Program-made: the position numbers and the translations under genes
IMG/VR virus record: IMGVR_UViG_2651870323_000004
Source: an uncultured virus (IMG/VR IMGVR_UViG_2651870323_000004)
Lineage: Duplodnaviria > Heunggongvirae > Uroviricota > Caudoviricetes
Strand: one strand, 5' to 3'
Length of the DNA: 64,000 bases
In this document: positions 18,310-28,103 of the stretch, piece by piece
Position numbering within the stretch: the stretch's first letter is position 1
How the letters are laid out: every line of letters begins with the position of its first letter
The notes under the pieces: model-generated
Seen by the model: the letters and a program-made list of their open reading frames with translations, nothing else
Told to the model about the DNA's origin: nothing
Database searches by the model: none

Positions 18310-18732
18310 ATGCCTGCATGTATCGACCTGCGCAAAGCGCACCTGCACCGCCAGCACGGCGACCTGATGGCGATCTACACCTGGATCAACGGCGAGCGCG
18401 CCATGGTCCTGATTCCTCACCTGCGCGCCCGTGCCCCCTGGTACGTGGTGATGGACAGCGCAGCCTACCTCTACGACATCCCCGAGTACCTGGCGCGGCA
18501 GTGCCGGGTGGCCTGCGAAGTCCTGGGGCTGGAACCCTCCCGTCCCAACTGGGTGCGGGTGGCCACCATCATCAATGAGGGGCTGCCGGACCTCATCACC
18601 ATGCCCAGTGAGCCAGCTTGGGAGCGCGCGGGCCAGGAAATAGGCACGCTGATCGCGAAGCTCGACGGCAAGGAGATCGCGTCCGAGGCTGTGGTGATCG
18701 AGGACAAGGGGGCGGAATATGTCCGCTCTTGA
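18310..18732 (+). CDS. Phage hypothetical protein upstream of portal
   Basis: MPACIDLRK..; overlaps the portal start. Confidence 0.75.
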   Translation: MPACIDLRKAHLHRQHGDLMAIYTWINGERAMVLIPHLRARAPWYVVMDSAAYLYDIPEYLARQCRVACEVLGLEPSRPNWVRVATIINEGLPDLITMPSEPAWERAGQEIGTLIAKLDGKEIASEAVVIEDKGAEYVRS

Positions 18733-21058
18733 GGTGCGCGTCCATCGCCGCACGGGGGTGGGCGAGCACATCCTGAACGATGCGCCGCTGGAGTTCGACC
18801 AGGACGAGGACGGGAAAGAGCCGCATCCGCTGGACGGGCCGGAAGCGCGGGCGACCCTGAAGAAGTGCCTGGGCTGGTACTACCGCGAGCGCGACATTCA
18901 GGCCGTGAACCGCATGGACATGGCGATCGACGCCGATATGTACGACGGCGACCAGTGGGACCCCGCCGACGCGGCGGTGCTGGAGGAGCGCGGCCAGGTG
19001 CCCCTGGTGTTCAACGAAGTGGCGCCGATGGCGGACTGGATGATCGGCACGGAGCGCCGGTCGCGCGTGGACTGGAGCGTCCTGCCGCGCACCGAGGACG
19101 ACGTGCAGATGGCCGACGTGAAGACCAAGGTGATGAAGTACGTCACCGACGTGAACCGGTCCGCCTTCAACCGCTCGCGCGCCTTCGAGGACGCTGTGAA
19201 AGTCGGTATCGGCTGGGTCGATTCCGGCGTGCGCAACGACCCGACCAAGGACATCATTTACGACAAGTACGAGGACTGGCGGAACGTGCTGTGGGACTCC
19301 ATGGCCATCGAGATGGACCTGAGCGATGCCCGCTACGTCTTCCGCACGCGATGGGTGGATGACGATGTGGCCGCGGCCATGTACCCGGAGCGGGCAGACG
19401 TGGTGCGCCGGGCCGTGCAGCATGACCGCGACTACAACGCCCAGCAGTGGGCGGAAGACGAATTCAACTACCAGGGCTATGCGGGCTCGACGCGCAGCGG
19501 CAGCTACATGGCCAGCGGGCAAAGCTCGGCGGACAGTGAGCCGCGCCGCAGGGTGCGGCTGATCGAATGCCAGTTCCGCATGCCCGTGCAGGCGCGCGTG
19601 GTGGTCACCGGCCCGTTCAAGGGCTCGATCGTAGAACCCTGGGACAACGCCCTGCAGGCGGTGGTGGCCGCATTCGGGGGCTCCGTCGTGGACCGCGTGC
19701 TGATGCGGATGCACATCGCCGTCTTCACGGAAGGCCACCTCCTAGCGCTGGGCCCGATGCCAATGCGGCACAACAGTTTCAGCCTGACCCCGATCTGGTG
19801 CTACCGCCGCGGCCGAGACCGGCAGCCTTACGGCGTGATCCGCCGCGTGCGGGATCTGCAGGCCGACCTGAACAAGCGCGCGAGCAAGGCGCTGTTCGCT
19901 CTGAGCACGAACCAGATTTTTGCCGAGCACGGCGCGGTGGACGACATCAATGAGACGCGCGAGGAGGCAAACCAGCCGGACGGCGTGATCCTCTACAAGG
20001 CGGGGAAGAAGCTGGAGGTCCACCGGGACTCCGAGATGGCGGCGGGACAGGTGCAGATGATGACCATGGACGCCCAGGCCATCCAGCGCAACGCGGGCAT
20101 CTCAAACGAGAACCTGGGCCGGCAGACCAACGCAAGCAGCGGCGAGGCGATCAAGGCCCGGCAGATGCAGGGAAGCGTGGTCACGACCCAGCCCTTCGAC
20201 AACTTGCGGTTCGCGACCCAGACCCAAGGCGAGAAGCTGCTGTCTCTCATCGAGCAGTGGTACACGGAAGAGAAGGTCATCCGGCTGTCCGGCCACAAGG
20301 GAAAGCTCGACTGGGTGAAGATCAATCAGCCCGAGCAGCAGGCCGACGGTTCGGTGCGCTACCTGAACGACATCACGGCCAGCGTTGCGGATTTCGTGGT
20401 GTCCGAACAGGACTATGCCGGCACGCTGCGCCAGGTGATGTACGAGTCCATGGTGAACTTGGCCGGCCGCATGGATCCCGCGACGGCCATGCGCCTGATG
20501 ACGCTGGCCATGGACTACTCGGACCTGCCCAACCACGAGCAGATGGCTGCCGAAATGCGCAAGCTGACCGGCGAGCGCGACCCGAATAAGCCCCTCACGC
20601 CCGAGGAGCAGCAGCAAATGCAGCAGCAGATGCAGGCCCAGGCGGAGGCGCTGCAGATGCAGCAGGCCACGGCGCGTGCGGCGCTGGACGAGCAGTTGGC
20701 ACGCGTCCGCGAGGTCAACGCCCGCGCCCAGAAGATGGAAGCAGAGGCCGAGCAGCTGCGTGCTGGCGGGGATGGAGCCCAGGCGCAGCAACTGGAGGGC
20801 GTGGCCGCCACGGTCCGCCGCGATGCGGACCTGGAGCTGGAAAACGTGCGCCGCCAGCTCGCCAAGGCGCAGGCCGACCTGGCCAACAAAACCCTGCAGA
20901 TCAAGGCTGACGGCGACGTGCGCATGCAGGTTGCCCGGATCGAAGCCGATTCGCGCGAGCGTGTCGCCGAGATCCAGGCGGCGAGCAAGGAGCGGCTGCA
21001 AGCCATGGACGAACGGCTGGCCGCATTCGAGGCGGCGCCTCAGGAGAAAACTGCATGA
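18719..21058 (+). CDS. Portal protein (P22-like, long coiled-coil barrel)
   Basis: YDGDQW, PLVFNEVAP, YGVIRRVRDLQADLNKRASK, SGEAIKARQ, Q-rich C-terminus. Confidence 0.9.
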   Translation: MSALEVRVHRRTGVGEHILNDAPLEFDQDEDGKEPHPLDGPEARATLKKCLGWYYRERDIQAVNRMDMAIDADMYDGDQWDPADAAVLEERGQVPLVFNEVAPMADWMIGTERRSRVDWSVLPRTEDDVQMADVKTKVMKYVTDVNRSAFNRSRAFEDAVKVGIGWVDSGVRNDPTKDIIYDKYEDWRNVLWDSMAIEMDLSDARYVFRTRWVDDDVAAAMYPERADVVRRAVQHDRDYNAQQWAEDEFNYQGYAGSTRSGSYMASGQSSADSEPRRRVRLIECQFRMPVQARVVVTGPFKGSIVEPWDNALQAVVAAFGGSVVDRVLMRMHIAVFTEGHLLALGPMPMRHNSFSLTPIWCYRRGRDRQPYGVIRRVRDLQADLNKRASKALFALSTNQIFAEHGAVDDINETREEANQPDGVILYKAGKKLEVHRDSEMAAGQVQMMTMDAQAIQRNAGISNENLGRQTNASSGEAIKARQMQGSVVTTQPFDNLRFATQTQGEKLLSLIEQWYTEEKVIRLSGHKGKLDWVKINQPEQQADGSVRYLNDITASVADFVVSEQDYAGTLRQVMYESMVNLAGRMDPATAMRLMTLAMDYSDLPNHEQMAAEMRKLTGERDPNKPLTPEEQQQMQQQMQAQAEALQMQQATARAALDEQLARVREVNARAQKMEAEAEQLRAGGDGAQAQQLEGVAATVRRDADLELENVRRQLAKAQADLANKTLQIKADGDVRMQVARIEADSRERVAEIQAASKERLQAMDERLAAFEAAPQEKTA

Positions 21059-21747
21059 ACTGGCTTCAATACCTCTTCCTTCTGCCTGCCGTCTTCGCGA
21101 TGGTGTTGGGGCTTCTCGTGGGCTGCGGCGGTGGTGGCGGTGGGGGTTCCACGCCCCTATCGATCGAAATCTTCGGGGACAGCATCGCGCGAGGCCCTGG
21201 GATCTCCACGCCGATGCCGGCCACCCTCCGGGCGTTGCGCCCGGCCTGGGCGATCGATGACCGCAGCGCGTCGGGCCTGGTGCTGGCGGACCTCATCGCC
21301 GGCTATTCGGCGCCCTGGCCAGGCGCTCCGGCAGACGCGTACCCGCGCGGCCCGCAGCCGCCGTTTGCGCAGGTCTCTCGCTCCGCTCGCGTGGTGGTAC
21401 TGGCCGCCGGGCTCAACGACGCACTGGAGATGCGCACGCCGGCCCAGTACGGCGCGGACCTGCGGGAGGCCATACGGATCGTGCGCGCGGAGGGCCGACT
21501 ACCGGTGTTGGCCGGCATCGTGGACCTCCCGGTGGCCGACCTCTTCACCCCCGAGCGCGTCGCGCGCCGGGCCGAACTCAACGCAGTGACTCTCGCCCTG
21601 GCGGCGGAGCTGGGGCTGCAACACGCAGGGTGGGGCGAGGACTACCGCGGCCCCGTGGACGTAATCGACAACGTGCACCGCACACAGGCGGCCAGCGACA
21701 GATTGGCGGTGCTGCTGGCCGCCGCCATTGAAAGGTCCATCCGATGA
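21055..21747 (+). CDS. SGNH/GDSL hydrolase lipoprotein
   Basis: Lipobox LVGC followed by G6; FGDS, GLND, DNVH blocks. Confidence 0.8.
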   Translation: MNWLQYLFLLPAVFAMVLGLLVGCGGGGGGGSTPLSIEIFGDSIARGPGISTPMPATLRALRPAWAIDDRSASGLVLADLIAGYSAPWPGAPADAYPRGPQPPFAQVSRSARVVVLAAGLNDALEMRTPAQYGADLREAIRIVRAEGRLPVLAGIVDLPVADLFTPERVARRAELNAVTLALAAELGLQHAGWGEDYRGPVDVIDNVHRTQAASDRLAVLLAAAIERSIR

Positions 21748-22166
21748 CTACCACCCCAACGCCACGGGGCATACGCAACCACAACCCCGGAAACATCGAT
21801 CGAACCACCGAACGGTGGCAAGGCATGGCCGCGGACCAGAGTAGCGATCCGCGGTTCGTGGTGTTTTCGGCACCGATCTGGGGTCTGCGCGCGTTGGCCA
21901 AGGTGCTGCTCTCGTACCAGCGGAAGTACGGCCTCAATACCCCTGCCAAGATCATCGGCCGCTGGGCGCCGCCCAGCGAAAACGACACCGGGTCCTATGC
22001 GCGTCAGGTCGCCCGAGCCCTGGGCGTAGGCGTCGATGACGTGGTGGACCTCCAGGACGCGAACCTGCTCGCGCGCATCGTGTCGGCGATCGTCGGGCAC
22101 GAGAACGGACAGCAACCGTATCCCGATGACCTCATCGAACAGGCCGTGCGCCTGGCGCTGGAGTGA
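21744..22166 (+). CDS. Putative endolysin (RGIRNNNPGNI-type lysozyme-like)
   Basis: RGIRNHNPGNI, RWAPPSENDT, HENG. Confidence 0.78.
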   Translation: MTTTPTPRGIRNHNPGNIDRTTERWQGMAADQSSDPRFVVFSAPIWGLRALAKVLLSYQRKYGLNTPAKIIGRWAPPSENDTGSYARQVARALGVGVDDVVDLQDANLLARIVSAIVGHENGQQPYPDDLIEQAVRLALE

Positions 22167-22552
22167 TGCCGATGGATTCGCCGGACTTGAACAATTTTCC
22201 AGGCGGGCCATTCGGTGCTCTGGGCGCCGGGATGACAGCTATCGCGAGTGGCTTCCTGTTCTTGCGGCAGTACCTCAGCCGGGGCGCAGCGGACCGCGCC
22301 GACGACGCGGGCCGCGTGTCGGCGATCAACGTCTACAAGGAGCTGCTGGAGGCCGAGCGCGCCGCGCGCGCCCAGGCAGACAAACGGGCGGACGAATTCG
22401 CCAAGGAGCGAAACGAGGCAGTGACCGCGCTCGGGAAGCTGCAGGGGCAACTGGAGGGCATGCAGCGCCAGCTGCAGCACGCCACTGAGGAAATCACGAG
22501 CCTGCAGGCGCAGGTGCGCGAACTGACGGAGCAAGTCCATGCGAAAACCTGA
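22166..22552 (+). CDS. Holin/antiholin-like protein (one TM + coiled coil)
   Basis: Position in lysis cassette; N-terminal TM, heptad-rich C-terminus. Confidence 0.5.
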   Translation: MPMDSPDLNNFPGGPFGALGAGMTAIASGFLFLRQYLSRGAADRADDAGRVSAINVYKELLEAERAARAQADKRADEFAKERNEAVTALGKLQGQLEGMQRQLQHATEEITSLQAQVRELTEQVHAKT

Positions 22553-22952
22553 TCTTCACCAGGCCCGCGCCGTGCTGGCAGGGACTGCAATGCTTCTTGG
22601 AATGGTCGGTGGCGGGGCCGGCATCGGCTACTGGGCGGGCGTCGAGCGCATGCGCGAGATGCTGGCCGAAGACCGGCAGGACCACCTCGATGAGATCGCC
22701 CGATTGCAGGATGCCAATCGCATTGCCCTGGGCGCGCTCTCGGGTCGCGTAGCGCATGCCGCGGACCTCACTGCCGCAGCGGCCGACACGGCGGCCACGG
22801 CTGCGGAGACGGCGCAAGCGGCGGCGGCCACGGCTGGTAAGGCGGCCAAAGCTGCAGGCGTGCCTGCTGCAGTGCCTGAGCATGAGCGCAAGGCCATCAA
22901 CGCCACCATCCAGCGTGCCAATGAGCGCATCCGGAAGGAGGCCGTCCGATGA
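22539..22952 (+). CDS. TM-anchored Ala-rich coiled-coil protein (i-spanin-like)
   Basis: N-terminal TM, helical Ala-rich body. Confidence 0.5.
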   Translation: MRKPDLHQARAVLAGTAMLLGMVGGGAGIGYWAGVERMREMLAEDRQDHLDEIARLQDANRIALGALSGRVAHAADLTAAAADTAATAAETAQAAAATAGKAAKAAGVPAAVPEHERKAINATIQRANERIRKEAVR

Positions 22953-23170
22953 CCCGCGCCACCATCCTCGCGGCCCTGCTTCTGGCCGGATGCAGCGCTG
23001 CGCCACCGCAGGCTCCTGCCGTCCCGGCGGAGTCGGCCGCGGCCGCACTCTCGGGCAGTCCCTGCCCGCCGCTGCCTGAGCTGCGCGCAGGAGCGTCCAG
23101 CCTCGAGCGCCGGCTGCACACGCAGGCGATCGTTCGCATGTACGCCGCGTGCGCTGGGAGTCAGCCGTGA
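22949..23170 (+). CDS. Small lipoprotein (o-spanin-like)
   Basis: Lipobox LAGC, Pro-rich, two further Cys. Confidence 0.6.
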   Translation: MTRATILAALLLAGCSAAPPQAPAVPAESAAAALSGSPCPPLPELRAGASSLERRLHTQAIVRMYAACAGSQP

Positions 23171-23679
23171 TTCCCTCGCTCTACACCCACCTCGCTGCTG
23201 CCGGCGCGGCGGCCGCGCTCGCCTGGGCATTCCAAGGCGCGCGGATGGATGCGGAGGTGGGCGAAGCCAACCTGCGGGCCACCACCTTTCAACTCGACGT
23301 GAGCACCGCGCAGCGCGCCGCTGACGCCCGAGTCCGCGTCGCCGAGAACGCGACCAGCACCAAGTACCAAGGAGCCCTCAATGCCGCCCGAACCCGTGAG
23401 GCGCTGCTGCGCCAGGAGCTTGACCTGCTGCGTGTTGCTTCTGACGGCCTGCGCGACCAAGCCGCAGATGCCGCCCGGCGACTTGCCGCATCTCCCCCCA
23501 GCACCAGCCGTGACTACGCCCTTGCCGTCAACGCCGTATACGACGACTGCCGCGCAGCGTATGGCGACATGGCAGCAAAAGCTGCAGGCCACGCAACTGA
23601 TGTCCGAACCCTCCGGGACGCCTGGCCGGTGATCCCGCCGGGCCGGCCGGATGCCGGCACCCAGGGAAGCACACCATGA
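23167..23679 (+). CDS. i-spanin (Rz-like)
   Basis: N-terminal TM ending WAFQG, coiled coil, C-terminal C..Y..MA..A.GH..DVRTL..AWP. Confidence 0.75.
   Translation: MIPSLYTHLAAAGAAAALAWAFQGARMDAEVGEANLRATTFQLDVSTAQRAADARVRVAENATSTKYQGALNAARTREALLRQELDLLRVASDGLRDQAADAARRLAASPPSTSRDYALAVNAVYDDCRAAYGDMAAKAAGHATDVRTLRDAWPVIPPGRPDAGTQGSTP
23381..23632 (+). CDS. Embedded o-spanin (Rz1-like lipoprotein, +1 frame)
   Basis: Lipobox LTAC, Pro-rich, fully nested in the Rz-like gene, GGAG upstream. Confidence 0.7.
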   Translation: MPPEPVRRCCARSLTCCVLLLTACATKPQMPPGDLPHLPPAPAVTTPLPSTPYTTTAAQRMATWQQKLQATQLMSEPSGTPGR

Positions 23680-24023
23680 CCCATCAAGAAACCGAGTTTC
23701 ACCTGACCATCGGCATCACCGTGCGAGGTGTCGGCGAGCATGAGCCCGTGCAGCCCTACGTGGTCGATGCGGTGCAGGAGCTGGCGCACTCGCGCCTGTT
23801 CCTGGCTGGACGAATTGGGCAGGGGGTGGTCTCGGAGCATGACAGCGACCACGGCCGTGTCGTGACCACCACCACGGTGACTCGTGGCCGCCGCCCGTCG
23901 AGCGGGACACCCACCGCCGAGGAGATGGCGGCAGCCGGGCCGAGCGCTCCGGATCCTGCCGACTTCGCTCTGGGGAAGGCCTGCGACCTGTCGGGCGAGG
24001 GCGGCTGCGAGGCGTGTCAGTAG
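23676..24023 (+). CDS. Phage hypothetical protein
   Basis: ATGA-coupled; ends ACDLSGEGGCEACQ. Confidence 0.6.
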   Translation: MTHQETEFHLTIGITVRGVGEHEPVQPYVVDAVQELAHSRLFLAGRIGQGVVSEHDSDHGRVVTTTTVTRGRRPSSGTPTAEEMAAAGPSAPDPADFALGKACDLSGEGGCEACQ

Positions 24024-24066
24024 CGCGGCCTGGGCTGAAGACAGCTCGCGAGCGGCGGTTGCCGCC

Positions 24067-24085
24067 GTACCAAGCCTGCCATCTT
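24067..24085 (+). promoter_or_regulatory. Late-promoter motif copy 3
   Basis: GTACCAAGCCTGCCATCTT. Confidence 0.75.
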
Positions 24086-24117
24086 CACGCGTGCCAACAA
24101 CTACAGCAGCACATCGC

Positions 24118-24765
24118 ATGACCAATCCCATCATCCAGCCTACCGTCGGTAGGGTCGTCTGGTTTCATCTCTCGAAGCATCGCGGGCCGACGAGCTTCAC
24201 CCGTCAGCCCGGCGAGCAGCCTTGCGCCGCGATCATCACGAGCGTCCTGGACGACGGCCGCGTGAATCTGTCGGTGTTCGACTCCGACGGTGCGGTCCAC
24301 AGCTTTCGCTGTGTCGAATTGGTGCAGGAGGGGCAACCGGTTCCGTCCTACCCCTACTGCGAGTGGATGCCCTACCAGAAGGGGCAGGCGACGAAGGCCG
24401 AAGCGGCGAAGAAGTCGCCTATCCACGTCGATGCAAATTCGGCGCTGGTCTATGCGTTGATCGGTGTGGGGGCCAAGCTGTCGGGCGCTCCGTCCATCAA
24501 TCTGCCGGTACTTGACCCCGGCGCCGACTGGATCGAGCGCGAGATCCAGCGCAAGTCCGCCGCCGCACATGCCCAGTTCGCCAACGGCCTGACCCAGGGC
24601 GATGGAACCACTGCCGACAGGCTCCATGCGCTGCGCCTTTCTGAAGACGCGCGCTCTGCGAGCGGCAAGGCTGCCGAGGTGCCGGTATCGCTGCTGCTGC
24701 ACATCTTCTGCCTGCTTGTGGCTCGCCTGCCTCTGGCCGGCTGTGGTGCACCTCCCAAAGCCTGA
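24118..24765 (+). CDS. Phage hypothetical protein
   Basis: MTNPIIQPTVGRVVWF..AAIIT.V..VNLSVFD..CEWMPYQKGQA. Confidence 0.7.
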   Translation: MTNPIIQPTVGRVVWFHLSKHRGPTSFTRQPGEQPCAAIITSVLDDGRVNLSVFDSDGAVHSFRCVELVQEGQPVPSYPYCEWMPYQKGQATKAEAAKKSPIHVDANSALVYALIGVGAKLSGAPSINLPVLDPGADWIEREIQRKSAAAHAQFANGLTQGDGTTADRLHALRLSEDARSASGKAAEVPVSLLLHIFCLLVARLPLAGCGAPPKA

Positions 24766-24794
24766 CCCACACAACTTCGAATCTGGAGCCAAAC

Positions 24795-25781
24795 ATGACC
24801 ATGGACAAGGACGACGATCGCCTGCGCCTGCTCTCCGACGCCGAGCGCGCGGCGATGGAAGACGACGACTACAACCCCGACGAGGACAACGACGCTGCAC
24901 TGCGTGAGATTGGCCGCGGCGAGTTAGACGATGACGAAGAGGGCGGCGAGGGCGAGGGCGAAGGCGAGAAGGGCCGCGCTGCCGCGCCCGCGCCCGCACC
25001 TGCCCAGGCTGCAGCCCCTTCGCCTACGCCTGCGCCAGCTCCTGCAGCTGCAGCGGCGGATGCGCCCGCGCCTGCTGCAGCGCCCGCGCCAGCTGAAGAT
25101 GCAGCGGCAGTCCCCGGTGCCAAGCCCGCGCCGGCCCCAGCTCCGCATCCCACCTACAAGGCCGAGCTGCCCGCGGACTACGATGACAAGGTGGCAGCCA
25201 ACAAGGCCGCGCTGACCGACCTGCGCACGAAGTTCGACAACGGAGAGGTGGATGCGTCCGAGTACCACGCCAAACTGGACGAGTTGCAGGAACAGCGTGC
25301 GGACCTGCGCGAAGCCAAAACCCGGGCGCAGGTGGCACGCGAGATGCAGGAGCAGGCGGAATCGAATGCGTGGGTGTCGGCCATCAACACCTTCGTCACA
25401 GACGCCGCGACGAAGGCGGAGCTGGGCCTGGTGGACTATGCGAAGGACCAGGCGAAAGCGGCCGATCTGGATGTGTTCGTGAAAGCGCTGGCCGCCGCCC
25501 CGGAGAACGCCGCGAAGCCGCACCGCTGGTTCCTCGAGGAAGGCCACAAACGCGTGGTGGCGCTGCATGGCATCGCGACCGGCAAGACGGCGGCTCCCGC
25601 GCCGCGCAAGCCGGACGCCAGCGCCGTGGTCACCAACCTGGCGGACGTGCCCGGTGGCGGCGGTGACGCTGACCCATCCGGCGACGAGTTCTCGGACCTG
25701 GACAAGCTGTCTGGCCTGGAGTACGAGCGCGCGCTGGCCGGCCTCTCGCCCGACAAGCGCGAACGCTACCTGAGGGGCTGA
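24795..25781 (+). CDS. Probable scaffolding protein
   Basis: Acidic N-terminus, Ala/Pro linker, coiled coil; upstream of MCP. Confidence 0.72.
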   Translation: MTMDKDDDRLRLLSDAERAAMEDDDYNPDEDNDAALREIGRGELDDDEEGGEGEGEGEKGRAAAPAPAPAQAAAPSPTPAPAPAAAAADAPAPAAAPAPAEDAAAVPGAKPAPAPAPHPTYKAELPADYDDKVAANKAALTDLRTKFDNGEVDASEYHAKLDELQEQRADLREAKTRAQVAREMQEQAESNAWVSAINTFVTDAATKAELGLVDYAKDQAKAADLDVFVKALAAAPENAAKPHRWFLEEGHKRVVALHGIATGKTAAPAPRKPDASAVVTNLADVPGGGGDADPSGDEFSDLDKLSGLEYERALAGLSPDKRERYLRG

Positions 25782-25984
25782 TGACCACTGCCAACACCTC
25801 ACAAGACACCGTGCGCCGCGTCCACATGGAGCTGCGCACCGGGGACGTTCTCGAGTTGCCGGGCGTGGTGATCCAGATGGTGGAGAAGTCCGGCCAGACC
25901 GCGCGCATGGTGGTGTGCGCGGCGCCGGAAATTTCCTTCAAGAAGGTGCCGGCCCGTACCAAGCCTGCCATCGTGAAAGCCTGA
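25781..25984 (+). CDS. CsrA/RsmA-like small RNA-binding protein
   Basis: ELRTGDVLEL-PGVVIQMVEKSGQTARMVVCAAPEISF aligns by eye with CsrA [38 protein letters not shown]. Confidence 0.7.
   Translation: MTTANTSQDTVRRVHMELRTGDVLELPGVVIQMVEKSGQTARMVVCAAPEISFKKVPARTKPAIVKA
25956..25974 (+). promoter_or_regulatory. Late-promoter motif copy 4
   Basis: GTACCAAGCCTGCCATCGT upstream of MCP. Confidence 0.75.
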
Positions 25985-25994
25985 AGTTTTTTTC

Positions 25995-26016
25995 AACCGG
26001 GGCGCTGGAGTGCTCG
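25995..26016 (+). promoter_or_regulatory. GGA-loop leader hairpin copy 1 (MCP 5' UTR)
   Basis: AACCGGGGCGCTGGAGTGCTCG, identical to 29376-29397. Confidence 0.65.
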
Positions 26017-26037
26017 CATCCTCTCTAGGAGCATTCC

Positions 26038-27153
26038 ATGGCGAAAACCAGCACGGGCGTGAACAGCCCGCGTGCCGTCAAGCGCTTCTCCGGCGACTTG
26101 GCCCTCGATGTGTCCCAGCAGTCCTATTTCGGCCGCCGTTTCGCGGCCGTCGGCCAGGGCGCGAAGACCCCCATCCAGATCCTCACGGAACTGGAATCCG
26201 AGGCCGGTGAACTCATCACCTACGACCTGCTGACCGAACTGCGCATGGCGCCGGTCGAAGGTGACAACACCCTCACCGGCAAGGAAGAAGCGCAGAAGTT
26301 CTACAGCGATGAGCTGTATATCGACCAGGCCCGCGCCGGCGTGAACACCGGCGGCCGTATGTCGCGCAAGCGCACGCTGCACGATCTGCGCATGCGGGCC
26401 AAGCAGCAGCAGGCTGGCTGGTGGGGCCGCTTCCAGGACGAACTGTCGTTCTCCTACCTCTCGGGCTCGCGCGGCGTGAACGAGAACTTCCTGCTGCCGC
26501 TGGGCTACCAAGGCCGGGCGAACAACAAGCTGACCGCTCCCACGGTCAACCACCAGCTGTTCGCAGGCGACGCCACCAGCACGGCCAACATCGACGCCAC
26601 CGACAAGATGACGCTGAAGCTCGTGGGCGACGCACGCACCCGTGCCGACACTCAGGGCGGCGGCTCCACCAACATCCCGGTTCTGCAGCCGTGCGTGGTG
26701 GACGGCGAGGAGGTCTTCGTCATGGTGATGCACACCTGGCACGAGGACGACCTGCGCAACGACACTTCCACGGGCGCGTGGATGGATTTGCAGAAGGCGG
26801 CCGCCGCATCGCTCGGCGCGAAGTCTCCGCTGTTCCGATCGGCCCTCGGCATGCACCGCAACGTGGTGCTGCACAGCCATCGCAACGTCATCCGCCACAA
26901 CAACCACGGCGCGGGCGGCAACGTGTCCACCGCGCGCGCTCTCTTCATGGGCGCACAGGCGGGGGTGCTGGCGTTTGGCAGCCCGGGCACCGGCATGCGC
27001 TACGGCTGGCACGAAGAAACCCGCGACAACGGGAACCAGGTGGTCATCACCACGTCCTCCATCTTCGGCTTCAAGAAGACCACGTTCAACTGGGACGGCG
27101 TGAGCCACGACCAAGGCCTGTTCGCCGTGGATGCCGCTGCAGCCCCCCGCTGA
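26038..27153 (+). CDS. Major capsid protein, N4-gp56 family
   Basis: PVEGDNTLTGKEE, IDQARAGV..GGRMSRKRTLHDLR, ARALFMGAQA. Confidence 0.9.
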   Translation: MAKTSTGVNSPRAVKRFSGDLALDVSQQSYFGRRFAAVGQGAKTPIQILTELESEAGELITYDLLTELRMAPVEGDNTLTGKEEAQKFYSDELYIDQARAGVNTGGRMSRKRTLHDLRMRAKQQQAGWWGRFQDELSFSYLSGSRGVNENFLLPLGYQGRANNKLTAPTVNHQLFAGDATSTANIDATDKMTLKLVGDARTRADTQGGGSTNIPVLQPCVVDGEEVFVMVMHTWHEDDLRNDTSTGAWMDLQKAAAASLGAKSPLFRSALGMHRNVVLHSHRNVIRHNNHGAGGNVSTARALFMGAQAGVLAFGSPGTGMRYGWHEETRDNGNQVVITTSSIFGFKKTTFNWDGVSHDQGLFAVDAAAAPR

Positions 27154-27188
27154 TCCGGTCCCCCCTGAAACCATAGAAGGAGTCGAAC

Positions 27189-27647
27189 ATGCCTTTCGCC
27201 AACAAGAGCCCCCAACTGGCGGGCTATGACAACGCCATCACCCCCGGCGGCCCGGAGCTGGTCGTGTCCCGCTGCGGTCAGCAGCTGGTCGCGGCCGACC
27301 ATGTGGCCGGCACCGTGGGCATCATCGGCGTGCTGCCCGCCGGCACGCTGCCCGTCCACCTGTACGTGCGCGCTCCGGCCGCCCTGGGCGCCGGCTTCAC
27401 CGCTTCCATCGGTATCGCGAACGCGGCTGGCACGGACTTCAGCACGGCCGCCGAGGACGGCGGCGCCGTCTGGGTGGTGGACAACAACACCGGCGCGGCC
27501 GGTGGCTACGTCCAGCTGACGCCCGCTGCTTTCGCGAAGGTGGCGCCCAAGGACTACGACCGCCGCGTGCTGCTGAAGATTACCGGCGTGGGCACGGGCA
27601 CGCCCGCCGGCCTCCTCGCGGTCGATCTGGTGTACGCCAACGCCTGA
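27189..27647 (+). CDS. Probable capsid decoration/cement protein
   Basis: Beta-rich 152-aa ORF after MCP with strong SD. Confidence 0.6.
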   Translation: MPFANKSPQLAGYDNAITPGGPELVVSRCGQQLVAADHVAGTVGIIGVLPAGTLPVHLYVRAPAALGAGFTASIGIANAAGTDFSTAAEDGGAVWVVDNNTGAAGGYVQLTPAAFAKVAPKDYDRRVLLKITGVGTGTPAGLLAVDLVYANA

Positions 27648-27675
27648 ATGTGCTGGCCCGCAAGGGTCTTTCCCA

Positions 27676-27708
27676 CCCTGTCGGGTTCACGCCCGGCGGG
27701 GCCTTTTT
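27676..27708 (+). terminator. Intrinsic terminator after capsid genes
   Basis: CCCTGTCGGG-TTCACG-CCCGGCGGGG-CC-TTTTT. Confidence 0.55.
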
Positions 27709-27725
27709 GAACTCCGGAGAACCCC

Positions 27726-28097
27726 ATGCTTCTTTTGACCGCGCTCCCCGCCCGCAAGACCGGCGAGCTGACCGTCCGCACGGACGACGGCACCGCGTAC
27801 GTGTTCAAGGGCACCCCTCTGTCGTGCGAGGTCCAGGACGAGGATCACGTCGATGAGCTGCAGATCAAAGGCTTCCAGACCAAGGAAGAGTTCGACGCCG
27901 AGCAGAAATTCCAGCAGGTGGCCGCCAAGCGCGCGGAGCGCATTGCCGAACGCGAGGCGAAGAAGGCCCAAGCCGCCCAGGACGACGATGACGACGACGT
28001 GCCGGCCTCCACCGGCGACGGCCTACCCAAGGAAGACAACACCGCCCCCACGGGACGCGTGCGCAAGGCGGGTGCTGCCTCCCTGGTGAAGGGCTGA
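27726..28097 (+). CDS. Phage hypothetical protein
   Basis: 123-aa ORF with SD GGAG. Confidence 0.7.
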   Translation: MLLLTALPARKTGELTVRTDDGTAYVFKGTPLSCEVQDEDHVDELQIKGFQTKEEFDAEQKFQQVAAKRAERIAEREAKKAQAAQDDDDDDVPASTGDGLPKEDNTAPTGRVRKAGAASLVKG

Positions 28098-28103
28098 CGC
28101 GCC

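Noticed and set aside
24980..25150. Ala/Pro repeats in the scaffold gene
   Set aside because: Ordinary low-complexity protein linker
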